From IMG/VR virus record IMGVR_UViG_3300032116_022045: a DNA stretch of 64,000 bases; one strand, 5' to 3'. Source of the stretch: a virus. Lineage: Duplodnaviria; Caudoviricetes. The notes under the pieces were generated by a model, which ran no database searches, was not told where the DNA came from, and worked only from the letters and a program-made list of their open reading frames with translations. A program made the translations under genes and the position numbers. Shown piece by piece: positions 1 to 9,745 of this stretch (positions within the stretch are counted from its first letter, which is position 1; each line of letters begins with the position of its first letter).

Positions 1-755
1 TTAATGACTTTATTTTCATTATCTAACCATATTTGTTGAACTACAGCAAATGTAGCAGTATACTCTGAAGTTTCACGTCTTGTTGATGGTATTCTATAGT
101 TAATTAAACTTTTAAAAGAATTAGCTAACGCACCTGCTGTCCACTGATTATTGCTTGTTTTTGATGTTGCAGATTTAAAACAATTAACGCTACCAACAGA
201 ATCCCATAAGAAACAAACATTTTTTTGTAAGCTACCATTTTTTTGTGCATCCAATATAGAATGCATATGTAAAGCAATATCTTCAACAACTGGTTCATCT
301 CTTAATGGTTTTGTACCCATTTTACTATGTTGGTGGTCGTAATTTGCGTACATAGTTACTAAATCATAACCAGAAATGTAAATAAAATCACCAACATATT
401 TTTCTTTATTTGTTTCTTCATCATAAACAATACTATAATCAATACCAATATTTCTAGCGTGTTCCCAATTAAAATTAGTTTCTGTATCATATATAATCGG
501 TAAAATACCTAATTTTTGACAGCCAACTATCGTTTCAATTATAGCTGTTGATTTACCAGTGTTTGAATATCCTCTAAATGATGTGAAATACCCAATAGGG
601 ATACCTGGAACTTTAACAGCTTCATGAAATGCTTCAGACATTGGAATCCATGCTAATTCTTTTTCTTTTACATTAAAATCAAGACCCATTTGTTTTTTAA
701 ATGCTTCTAAATCAAATTCTTTTTTTTCAATTTCTTTTTGTGGTTTTTTTGCCAT
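1..755 (-). CDS. uvsX: RecA/UvsX-like recombinase, partial (runs off the left edge)
   Basis: Missing from the ORF track and translated by hand from ATG at 755: MAKKPQKEIEKKEFDL..., Walker A FRGYSNTGKST, Walker B-like VCFLWDSVG. The frame stays open to position 1 and lies directly downstream of the SSB gene. Confidence 0.88.
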   Translation of the reverse strand, partial: MAKKPQKEIEKKEFDLEAFKKQMGLDFNVKEKELAWIPMSEAFHEAVKVPGIPIGYFTSFRGYSNTGKSTAIIETIVGCQKLGILPIIYDTETNFNWEHARNIGIDYSIVYDEETNKEKYVGDFIYISGYDLVTMYANYDHQHSKMGTKPLRDEPVVEDIALHMHSILDAQKNGSLQKNVCFLWDSVGSVNCFKSATSKTSNNQWTAGALANSFKSLINYRIPSTRRETSEYTATFAVVQQIWLDNENKVI

Positions 756-795
756 ATATCTATTTTTATTTATTTACTTTATTTATTTTTTTAAT

Positions 796-825
796 AAAAA
801 GGGATAGTTTTAACTACCCCTTTTT
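796..825 (-). terminator. Intrinsic terminator-like hairpin between ssb and recA
   Basis: On the minus strand, ggggtagtt/aactatccc stem (one G-U pair) followed by a U-run. Confidence 0.6.
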
Positions 826-847
826 ATTTTGTTAAACATTTTTTATA

Positions 848-1765
848 TTAAAATGGAAGGTCATCATCTTCATCTTCTTCTTCAGAAGGTTCTTCAATTT
901 TTGTTGATGGTTTTGATTTACTTGCCAACATGTTAGATTTAACTGTTTCCAAACTTGTATTGATTTCTCCATTTAATTCAACTGATTCTTCTTCAGTGGA
1001 AGTCAACGAATCTTTATCAACATATTTGTTTTGGTTAGAATCCCAAGCTGGTGTACCACCTTTTACAATGATTTCAAGATAATCATAATTCTTAACAGCA
1101 TACACATCTTCCCATGTTCTGGTATCTGACAACCAAAGTTCAGCTTCTGCTGAATCTTCGCTCAATGGTGATGGGTCGCCAGCTGCAATTGCGGATACAA
1201 CGATAGCGTTATTTTGGTTTCTATTAATAGTTACCACAAGGTCTCTACCATTTTCAACGTCTGTAATATCTTTATTCTTTTTAAGTGCATTCATAGCACC
1301 AATGATTTTATCATAGATACCTTCTTTTCTATAATCATGATTAAATCTCCAGAACTTAACACCATCTTGTTCGTTATCTCTATCGATAACTTTAACAACA
1401 TACATAAGTCTTGCTTTATAGTTTTTAGAAAGTTCTTTGTCTGTTTCTGTACCTGTTTCTAATAAGGCTTCACGTGCTTCACAAAAAGGGCAAGGTTCTT
1501 CTCTTTCGTGTTTTAAGCAAGCAAATGTTTTCCATTCTCCATTAACTTGGATTTTATGACCCCAAACTTCAGTAAATGGTGAACCATTTTCAGATGGTAA
1601 AACCCTAATAGTTTTTGTTGCTGACTTAACACCTTCTTTAATGTAAGTAGAGAAATAGTTTTTTAAGTCATAAACTTTCTCACTTTTCTTTTCGTACAGT
1701 GGTTTACTGTTTTTTTCGTACTGTGCCAGAATTGCTTCTAAGCTGTTTTCACTTGTTTTACTCAT
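848..1765 (-). CDS. T4 gp32-like single-stranded DNA-binding protein
   Basis: IRVLP...PFTEVWGH, Zn-type CLKH...CPFCE, YVVKVIDR, GRDLVVT, and an acidic tail ending EDDDLPF. Confidence 0.88.
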   Translation of the reverse strand: MSKTSENSLEAILAQYEKNSKPLYEKKSEKVYDLKNYFSTYIKEGVKSATKTIRVLPSENGSPFTEVWGHKIQVNGEWKTFACLKHEREEPCPFCEAREALLETGTETDKELSKNYKARLMYVVKVIDRDNEQDGVKFWRFNHDYRKEGIYDKIIGAMNALKKNKDITDVENGRDLVVTINRNQNNAIVVSAIAAGDPSPLSEDSAEAELWLSDTRTWEDVYAVKNYDYLEIIVKGGTPAWDSNQNKYVDKDSLTSTEEESVELNGEINTSLETVKSNMLASKSKPSTKIEEPSEEEDEDDDLPF

Positions 1766-1810
1766 TTTTAATATATTTAAAATTTAACGTTATTTACTAA
1801 CCTATATTTA

Positions 1811-1841
1811 CAAATATACTAAATTAAAACACGTTTATCAA
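1811..1841 (-). promoter_or_regulatory. Bacteroidota sigma70-type promoter for the ssb-recA operon
   Basis: TTG-N20-TATATTTG on the coding strand, matching the TTG/TAnnTTTG consensus. Confidence 0.7.
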
Positions 1842-1859
1842 GTATTTTAAATATTTTTT

Positions 1860-2588
1860 TTAAATATCTTCTTCTTCGTATGAATTATCGTCAACACTAA
1901 ACGATTGTCTTATGTTGTTGTCGCTATAATCATAATTAATATCATCAGTAGTTAATGTATATTCTTTATTAGTGTCACTAGTGACTTCATAACCATCGTG
2001 TTTTTGACCCCAAAAATCAGTTAATTTTTGATTATATGGGAAAGAGCTTAAAGACCTTAATTCTAATTTTTCAACTGGTGTTGGGTTTCTTTTAACCATT
2101 TCTCTTTCTAAGTCATCGATTTTATTGGTTATGTTATCCATTTTTGCCAATCTACTTTCCAAATCAGCCAATTTACTTATTAAGGTTTCAGTATTTCTTG
2201 TTGCTTCTTCTGCTGACCTTTTAGCTTCTTCAGAGCCTTTAACTAATTCTGTGACATCTATTTCAACATCTTCTTCTCCACCACCCATGTCAGCAGGTTG
2301 TTCCATACCCATATCAGCACCCATATCACCAGCCATATCAGTAGGTTGTTCTGTTCCCATATCAGCACCAGCATCAATAGGTTGTTCTGGAGTTTCTTCA
2401 GCACCAGTGTCAGCAGGTTGTTCTGGAGTTGCTTCAGCACCTGGTTCTGGTTCTTCGTCTTGTTCTGATAATGAGCCTAATATAACATCTTTTTCATCTT
2501 TTTCTTCATTATAAAAGTCATATTCTAATAATAACTTAAATCTTTTAAGTTCTTCGTTTAATAGTTGTTTGTTAATATTTTTTTTCAT
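1860..2588 (-). CDS. Hypothetical acidic protein, possible head-internal or scaffold-like protein
   Basis: 242-aa ORF with N-terminal LLNEELKRFKLLLEY helix, EQP/ADMG low-complexity repeats and a coiled coil. Confidence 0.6.
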   Translation of the reverse strand: MKKNINKQLLNEELKRFKLLLEYDFYNEEKDEKDVILGSLSEQDEEPEPGAEATPEQPADTGAEETPEQPIDAGADMGTEQPTDMAGDMGADMGMEQPADMGGGEEDVEIDVTELVKGSEEAKRSAEEATRNTETLISKLADLESRLAKMDNITNKIDDLEREMVKRNPTPVEKLELRSLSSFPYNQKLTDFWGQKHDGYEVTSDTNKEYTLTTDDINYDYSDNNIRQSFSVDDNSYEEEDI

Positions 2589-2589
2589 A

Positions 2590-2784
2590 TCAAATCAATA
2601 GTTGTCTACCATCTTCAGTAATTATTTTTTTATTAATTCTTTCTACGATGCTTTTATCACCTTTAATAACGCATACGCCAGAGGAACAGTCTAAATTAGG
2701 GTCTTGATTGTTTTCATCAATCATTAAATCAAGAGCTTTGTTTAAATCTTTTTTGTTGTTCTGATTATTAGTATTATTTTCCAT
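2590..2784 (-). CDS. Small hypothetical protein
   Basis: 64-aa ORF abutting the next gene and preceded by a late-type motif. Confidence 0.6.
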   Translation of the reverse strand: MENNTNNQNNKKDLNKALDLMIDENNQDPNLDCSSGVCVIKGDKSIVERINKKIITEDGRQLLI

Positions 2785-2811
2785 AATATAAATTTATTAT
2801 ACTAATAAATA

Positions 2812-3441
2812 TTATGTTTTATAAAAAAAGTTTAATTTATCTTCTACTTTATTAAAAATGAAATATAAAAATGGTATATATTTTACATTATTGTTAATAT
2901 ATTCTATATATTGTTTATATTGTGAAATAATATCATTACCTATTAAGTAGGTATTACTAATATTTTTTATTTTTTGTTTTATTTTATTTATATTTATACC
3001 TATGTATTTTAATAGATTTAAATCAACACCGAATATTAAGTTATCTGAATATATATAAATCATATTATTTTTTTCATATGATATAATATTATTTAGTGAA
3101 TATATTTTATTGATTATCTTTTTAATTGTTTTTTTATTTTGTTGTATTGGGTCTATAATGATATATTTAACATTTGTTATTAATTCGTTATATAACTTAT
3201 GTTGAAACCAATTCAAATCGTCTTGGAATTTATCTCTATCTTCTGTTTTTTTAACTGTCCAATATAAATTAGGTTTGATTTCTCTGTTTAATATATCAAA
3301 GTCTTTAAACAATTTTTTTGTTAAATCATATCCAACAATAAGTGTTGGTAGGTTATCTATTATGTCATCTATTGATGAAACAATATTAAATTGTTCAGGT
3401 AATGAAATATTCGAAGTAGAAACTATATTTGCTATTTTCAT
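2812..3441 (-). CDS. Hypothetical protein
   Basis: 209-aa ORF co-oriented with its neighbours, with no recognised motif. Confidence 0.6.
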   Translation of the reverse strand: MKIANIVSTSNISLPEQFNIVSSIDDIIDNLPTLIVGYDLTKKLFKDFDILNREIKPNLYWTVKKTEDRDKFQDDLNWFQHKLYNELITNVKYIIIDPIQQNKKTIKKIINKIYSLNNIISYEKNNMIYIYSDNLIFGVDLNLLKYIGININKIKQKIKNISNTYLIGNDIISQYKQYIEYINNNVKYIPFLYFIFNKVEDKLNFFYKT

Positions 3442-3462
3442 ACTACAAATATACTATTTTTA

Positions 3463-3936
3463 TTAATTATATTTGTAATAAGCTTGTTTATATAATAATA
3501 ATGTTTTATCAGGTTTAAATTTATTTAAAGAAGTCCAAGTAGTTTTTAATTTATTGCTTACTTCAGTCATTTCAGCTTCATTAGTAATGTTAAAATCAAA
3601 ATTTTGACCTAATATTCTTTTAATTAATTTTAACGCTGCATTATCTTGATTTACTTTAGTCATAGGTGCGTTTATTTTATTATTCATTTCTTCCCAAGTT
3701 GACCCAATAAATTGATACCTACCAGCGGCTGTAGTGAATAATGTTTTATCTTTGTTTATAGCGACTTTCCATTTTTCTTTACCATGTATAATTGTTGTAT
3801 CTTCAGTCCAATTATTTATTACTCTTAACTCACTGGGTTTTGCTGAATATAAAACATCGTAACCATTTTTACTTTTACCATATGTTCCCTCACAATAAGA
3901 CAATAAATCTAAGAAAGCTTTTTCGTAATTTGTCAT
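3463..3936 (-). CDS. Lambda R-type lysozyme / lytic transglycosylase
   Basis: AFLDLLSYCEGT (catalytic Glu), YDVLY, TAAGRYQF..TW, QDNAALKLI. Confidence 0.82.
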   Translation of the reverse strand: MTNYEKAFLDLLSYCEGTYGKSKNGYDVLYSAKPSELRVINNWTEDTTIIHGKEKWKVAINKDKTLFTTAAGRYQFIGSTWEEMNNKINAPMTKVNQDNAALKLIKRILGQNFDFNITNEAEMTEVSNKLKTTWTSLNKFKPDKTLLLYKQAYYKYN

Positions 3937-3942
3937 AAAATT

Positions 3943-6900
3943 TTATATTTTTATTTGTTTATCTCCAATACTTGGTAATGTTTGTGCTGGTAAAATTGCT
4001 ATATCACCAATTACTTCTGGTTTTTTTCTACCTAAAGGTAAACAAGTATCAACATTTACTACTTCACCACTAAAAAATTCAAAACCTTGTTGTTGTCCTC
4101 GTCTTATCTCAAAATGTAAATGCGCACCACTTGATTCTCCTTCCATAGGTAGTTTTAAATCACCACCTAAATATGATGGATTATTATCATCACCACCACT
4201 TTTTGCTATTATTTGATTTTTAATAACATTTATACCTGGATTCCAATATTTACTTAAAATTTTTGTTTTTAAATCTTGTGTTAAATTATTATTTGATACA
4301 TTAGCAACTATATTTGATTCTATATCTGATAAATGACCATATAATGATTTATAATAAAAACCATCACTTAATAAACCATGGTTTATAATTAAATAAAGAC
4401 CATACCCTGAACCAGACCCTTGATATGCTATTTTCTCTATTGTACCATTATAGATAGCATACAAATCGGAACCCTTTTTAGCTGGTATATCAATACCTTT
4501 ATGTACATCACCTTTTTCATGAAATAAATTAACACCTCTACCTAAGCGTATATAACTTCTTATAGGGTCATCGAACCCTAAATCTTTTTCTGGTATTGCA
4601 CCAGATTCACCTGCACTGCTATTACTTATAAACTCACTTGGTGTACTATAACCTAACGCTTTACTTATATTTACAAATAAAGATTGTCTATCAACTAGAG
4701 GTAATTGAGAATATTTAATTCTTTGACCAGTAAATGATGTTGTCATGTAATTAGGTTTTATATTATGTGATACATTTGTTATTAAATAAGCACCATGAAA
4801 CATTGGTATATTATTTAATTGAAAATACATCATTGGTTGTATCATAGGGTTACCTAACATGCTTACTTTTGCGGAATAACTTCTAACATTATATACGTTA
4901 TATAAATTTTGTCCAATAAATGTTCTATTATTTTCAGATTTATTATCGACCAAATCTGAAGTAGTTCTAAGTGATTCATCAGTTTCTTTAAATTCGCTTT
5001 GGTCTAATTCAATATCTGTAAATATACTTTGATTTTGTTGGCTATAATTAACTTTAAAAACAGCTAAACCATTTTCAGTTCCAGTGTTATCAAAATCTGA
5101 TGGTATAGTACTATTATTTGATGGACATATAAAATCAAAACCATCATTTTTTAAATTAGCCGAATCACTTAAATCTAACGCTCTAGACTTTTCTCCAGAA
5201 TAAATACAAATAAATGTTGGTCCACATGTTGGTGTTTTATCATACCAATCTGGAAACGTTTTAAAAACCGATTTTAATTCTTCTTCATCACGATAATTTA
5301 TAAATGTTGGTAATGGTATAAAATCAAAATTATTATCAGTTAATAACTTAGCATAAAAATTATAAAAACTTATATTAGGGTTTGTGTTTATAGTGTTTGG
5401 TATTTCAGAAGGGTTTATATAAAAAACATCACCAATATCTCTAAAACTTCTAGAAACAAATCTAAAACTATCTAATAATGTCGCACCATTAGTTTTATTA
5501 AATGATGCATAATCACCAGTACATTTATAAATTATTTTATTTTCATCTTCAGAACTTGTAACCCATTTATCATTTATGTTTTTACAAAATTTATATAAAT
5601 TTAACTTAATTATATTTAAATCAGCCGTACCAAAAGTTTTTTGTAGTGCTTGTTTATCTTCATTAGCTAATTCTTCTTTTTTTACATTTAATAAATCATA
5701 TATTGTTTTTATATATAATTCTAAATTTTCTTTTTTAGATGTTATTTCAGAATATCTAGTATTAGCTAATTTTGGGTCTAACCATATTTTATAACTAGTG
5801 TTAGCAATAACAACTTCTTCCTTTAACCCATCAATAATAAGAGTTACTGGTGTTGTTTCTCCATTAATAATTGTATTATATTTACCTTTTAATTCTAGTT
5901 CTATAAAATATTTAGTATTTTGTTCTACATTATTAATTATAATATTGTTATAATATGTTAGATTGAATGTTTTTTCTAATGTTGTTTTGCTAACATTTGT
6001 TAGTGTTGTTAACAAATCTACTTTTGATTTAAACGTTACCACATCACCATTATGTATTTCTAATTTTGTTTTAAAATCTTGCCAATCGTTATTAACAAAA
6101 TCAAAAAAAATTTTTTTAAATTCTTCTTTAACTTGAGCTGGTAATGATTCTAATATTTCATCATAATCTTTTTTAAATGTTATGTTTGAAATTAATGGAA
6201 CAAATTTATTGAGTACTATAATACTAAATAAATCGTTTCTATTAGGTGTCCAAACATCACCTTGACTAAATAACTCTGACCAATTTATTGGGTCTATACT
6301 ACCAGAACCACCACCAACTATTCTTAGATTATTGTCTAAAGTATAAAGTGATTTATCATTTCTCCAAATTAAACCACCTATAAAAGCACACCAAAGTTTT
6401 GGTACATGTATAAAAGAAGCTTTTTTATTAAAAAGATTTAAAACTTCGGTTGTGAATATATTTATTGTGTCTTGAAAAACACCTTCTTTATAATAAGTGA
6501 AAGGTAATGTATTTAAAAATAATAATGCCTTGCTATAATTACCAACTATTTTTCTATATGGTGTTGTGTCTTCTTGTGAATAATAAAAAGAAGAACCAAA
6601 TAAACTAAAACCATAATAATTAGAAAAAGCGTTTATAAACAAACTAATAGGATTATTTACACGTACACCATCTTCACCTCTAAAAATTTGTTTTACAAAA
6701 GGATATGTTATATCAGTTTCATTTTCAATTAAAAAGTTCCTTATTTTACCAAATGATTTATCATCTTTATACATTGGTGTGTTTTGTTTTGCAGTTACTA
6801 TATCAGAATAATCAGTTACTATTGGTATAACATTATTACTTAAATCATAAGGACTTTTATCATCATTAGTTCTAGGTTTACAAATTGAGTTAAAACTATT

Positions 6901-9432
6901 TGAATGATAAAACATATATTTTAAATCTGATTCACCCAAATTTTCATCATCAAAATTCATTTTAACAAATTCTTGAATACCATAACTACCACCAAAAGAA
7001 TTAAGTCCAGCACTATTTGCACTTGAATCTTTTAACCCAGATAAAGAAATAACATTATCAGTTGGAACTTCATATTTTAATTCTTTTAAATTTGCTTGAT
7101 TATAAAAATCATCTAAATTAAATATCTTAATATAAACACCACCATTTAAACCTTTTAATAAACTATTTTCAGCACTATAATTAGTTAAAAAAACGCTAGT
7201 TTCTGATTTAACATTTAAATCTTTTATTATTTCACTGCTTTGTTTTTTTGGTGATGGCCATTTTGTAAATGAAGTTGTTTCATTAGGGTTAAAATCATTT
7301 TGTATTGGTAATACTTTATATGGTGAATCATTTGCATCACGATATTGTATAAAATCATATTTATAATTTTGACCGTCATCAACAATAATAGGTTTATTAA
7401 AACCAAATGTACCTTTTGTATTTGTTATAAATGTATTAGGGGTTGCTAAATCATTTATTAATGCTATAATCAATTGTTTATCTTGGATTTCACTTAACAA
7501 ACTAGCCTCAGCTTCAGCCATTTTTGTTATTTCATCATTTGTTAAATTAGTTTCATTGTTACTATAACCTAAAAAAGTTATAGCTCGCATTAAAAGTAAT
7601 GTTTTTAATGAAGCAAAATCATTTGATTGTGTGTCCAATCTAGAATAAGGTGTTTTATCAACACCAAATAATATAGTGTCAGCTGGATTAACAGGTATCC
7701 AATTTTTTTCTAAATTAGAAGTTGCTATTTCTTCAAGCCTTTTTTGTTTCTCTCTCTCTATAAACGCTTGTAATAAATTTTCAACAAATAATAACTCATC
7801 TATTTTACTTTCATTATTACCTTTTATGTTTTGAGCTGACCCTAAATATTTTTCAACATATGAATCACCTTGGTTAGTACCTTTTTCAAAATAAGAAGGC
7901 CAAGGATAATAATTATTATTTTTATTATCGTTGTTACTATAATCATTTTTGTAGTAATCACTAGAAAAAGTTTCTTTTAATATATTTTTTCTTTCTTGGT
8001 TTTTTTCAGCACTAACTGAAACTTTAAAAATAACTTTTAAAAAAGTTTCAATAGCTTTAGTGAAAATTGATGTAACATATTTTATAGTAGGTGTAAAATT
8101 TGAATTACTTGCTAAGTTTTCTATTTGTTGATTAAACTCTATCGTATTTTTATCTTTAGCTAAATTTATTTCTGATGTTATTTCATTTAAAGCACTTATT
8201 GCTACTCTTGTATCAATATAAAAAAATTCTTGAGTGTCTGTTAATGTTGATTTATTTTTAATTAAATCAATAAGTTCTTGTTTTTTTACTTCTATTGATG
8301 AACTAGTAATAGGACCAAAACTTATAGCACCATTTTTAATATCGTTTATCGTTATTTTTTTACTAAATTCTAAGGATAAAAGATTTTCATTTAATTTTAT
8401 TGTGTTATCGGTATTAAAAGTATTTATTAAATCTTTAATTGAGTTATTATATATATCTATTTGTGTTTTATCATCATTACCAGATAATATTATTTTATAA
8501 AAATCCAATAAATCGTTGGTGTTATTAGGTTTTTTATCTTCAACAACAAAAGTTGTTTCTACTGTTGAACCTAAAGTAGTTATTTGGTCTTTAATTTGAT
8601 TTATTATATTTTCACAATCTTCTAATTTTTCTTTTGTTTTTGAAGCTTCAGTGTTTTGCGATAATTTAGTTAGGTCATTATTAAAATCTTGTACTTGTTT
8701 TATAAATTCATCAATTGTTGGTATATTACTGTTTTTATATTCTTCTTTACCTAAATCAGTATAATTAATAACCGATAAATAACCTAGTAACATATCAGCT
8801 AACATTGCATAAGTATAACCAATAAATTTAGCCGTTATTTCAAAATTACCTGTTTGTGAATTAAATTTAGAAGAAAAATTTGTCATGTGTAGACAATATT
8901 TAACAGGTTTACCAAAATAACCTTTAATAGTTAATTCATATAATGGATATGGAAAATCAAATAATACACGATATTTGTTCTTATTTAATTGATAATCATT
9001 TTGAAATATAGCACTACCTCTAATATCAACAAAGTTAATTGTTACCATAGGATGGTAAGAAGTATCGAATTCAATATTAATATCAGTTATACCAAAATTT
9101 TCATCATTATCTCTTTCATTATTATCAAATGATGTTGTTAATAATGTATAGTTTGTCGTTAATGATTTATTTTTACTTTCTATACTATCATCACCAATAA
9201 ATGAAATAGTGACACCACCTGTCTCTTCAGTTGTTTGTTGTTGTCCTGACGCTCTGAAAATTGTTCTACCTCTTGTAGTAGTTCTTAACTGAACTGATAT
9301 GTTTAATTCTTCATTTTGAATAGGAACATTATTAGTTGAATCCAAAAAATCTCTACCATCATTAGGGTCAATTATTGTTATTCCATTTACAGAACAACCA
9401 GTTTTATTTTTATTAATAGATTCAGATGCCAT
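3943..9432 (-). CDS. Large baseplate hub-like protein with C-terminal M23 peptidase
   Basis: 1829 aa. N- and C-proximal hub-like segments (FGITDINIEF..., GNPMIQPMMYFQL...GAYLITNVSH), then intact M23 motifs HKGID, YGHLS and HLHFE. Confidence 0.72.
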   Translation of the reverse strand: MASESINKNKTGCSVNGITIIDPNDGRDFLDSTNNVPIQNEELNISVQLRTTTRGRTIFRASGQQQTTEETGGVTISFIGDDSIESKNKSLTTNYTLLTTSFDNNERDNDENFGITDINIEFDTSYHPMVTINFVDIRGSAIFQNDYQLNKNKYRVLFDFPYPLYELTIKGYFGKPVKYCLHMTNFSSKFNSQTGNFEITAKFIGYTYAMLADMLLGYLSVINYTDLGKEEYKNSNIPTIDEFIKQVQDFNNDLTKLSQNTEASKTKEKLEDCENIINQIKDQITTLGSTVETTFVVEDKKPNNTNDLLDFYKIILSGNDDKTQIDIYNNSIKDLINTFNTDNTIKLNENLLSLEFSKKITINDIKNGAISFGPITSSSIEVKKQELIDLIKNKSTLTDTQEFFYIDTRVAISALNEITSEINLAKDKNTIEFNQQIENLASNSNFTPTIKYVTSIFTKAIETFLKVIFKVSVSAEKNQERKNILKETFSSDYYKNDYSNNDNKNNNYYPWPSYFEKGTNQGDSYVEKYLGSAQNIKGNNESKIDELLFVENLLQAFIEREKQKRLEEIATSNLEKNWIPVNPADTILFGVDKTPYSRLDTQSNDFASLKTLLLMRAITFLGYSNNETNLTNDEITKMAEAEASLLSEIQDKQLIIALINDLATPNTFITNTKGTFGFNKPIIVDDGQNYKYDFIQYRDANDSPYKVLPIQNDFNPNETTSFTKWPSPKKQSSEIIKDLNVKSETSVFLTNYSAENSLLKGLNGGVYIKIFNLDDFYNQANLKELKYEVPTDNVISLSGLKDSSANSAGLNSFGGSYGIQEFVKMNFDDENLGESDLKYMFYHSNSFNSICKPRTNDDKSPYDLSNNVIPIVTDYSDIVTAKQNTPMYKDDKSFGKIRNFLIENETDITYPFVKQIFRGEDGVRVNNPISLFINAFSNYYGFSLFGSSFYYSQEDTTPYRKIVGNYSKALLFLNTLPFTYYKEGVFQDTINIFTTEVLNLFNKKASFIHVPKLWCAFIGGLIWRNDKSLYTLDNNLRIVGGGSGSIDPINWSELFSQGDVWTPNRNDLFSIIVLNKFVPLISNITFKKDYDEILESLPAQVKEEFKKIFFDFVNNDWQDFKTKLEIHNGDVVTFKSKVDLLTTLTNVSKTTLEKTFNLTYYNNIIINNVEQNTKYFIELELKGKYNTIINGETTPVTLIIDGLKEEVVIANTSYKIWLDPKLANTRYSEITSKKENLELYIKTIYDLLNVKKEELANEDKQALQKTFGTADLNIIKLNLYKFCKNINDKWVTSSEDENKIIYKCTGDYASFNKTNGATLLDSFRFVSRSFRDIGDVFYINPSEIPNTINTNPNISFYNFYAKLLTDNNFDFIPLPTFINYRDEEELKSVFKTFPDWYDKTPTCGPTFICIYSGEKSRALDLSDSANLKNDGFDFICPSNNSTIPSDFDNTGTENGLAVFKVNYSQQNQSIFTDIELDQSEFKETDESLRTTSDLVDNKSENNRTFIGQNLYNVYNVRSYSAKVSMLGNPMIQPMMYFQLNNIPMFHGAYLITNVSHNIKPNYMTTSFTGQRIKYSQLPLVDRQSLFVNISKALGYSTPSEFISNSSAGESGAIPEKDLGFDDPIRSYIRLGRGVNLFHEKGDVHKGIDIPAKKGSDLYAIYNGTIEKIAYQGSGSGYGLYLIINHGLLSDGFYYKSLYGHLSDIESNIVANVSNNNLTQDLKTKILSKYWNPGINVIKNQIIAKSGGDDNNPSYLGGDLKLPMEGESSGAHLHFEIRRGQQQGFEFFSGEVVNVDTCLPLGRKKPEVIGDIAILPAQTLPSIGDKQIKI

Positions 9433-9745
9433 ACAATGTTTTATGGTTATTAACTTGTGTTACATACCTAGATAAACCAGAACTATATGGAAAAGGAATC
9501 CTTAATACTGTCATATCTGGTATATTAAATTCTAACCCACCAAATTGTGGATTAGCTAACAAAATTAACCAACCGCTATAAGGATTATTATAATACTCAT
9601 TACTAACATTGTCAAGTCTTGTATTGCCTTTTTTATATAAAGCATATTTATCATTAGGGTCTTCTGGGATTACAATACCAGGTACTGGTTTTATGATATT
9701 ATCACCAATCTTAAAGTCTGAATATCTATCAAAATATTGTGCCAT
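9422..9745 (-). CDS. LysM-like / gp53-like baseplate wedge protein
   Basis: TRLDNVSNEYYNNPYSGWLILLANP...VLRIP pattern and baseplate context. Confidence 0.7.
   Translation of the reverse strand: MAQYFDRYSDFKIGDNIIKPVPGIVIPEDPNDKYALYKKGNTRLDNVSNEYYNNPYSGWLILLANPQFGGLEFNIPDMTVLRIPFPYSSGLSRYVTQVNNHKTLYGI

Noticed and set aside
151-342. 63-aa plus-strand ORF
   Set aside because: It is the antisense shadow of the RecA/UvsX gene, which the ORF track missed because it is truncated by the window edge.
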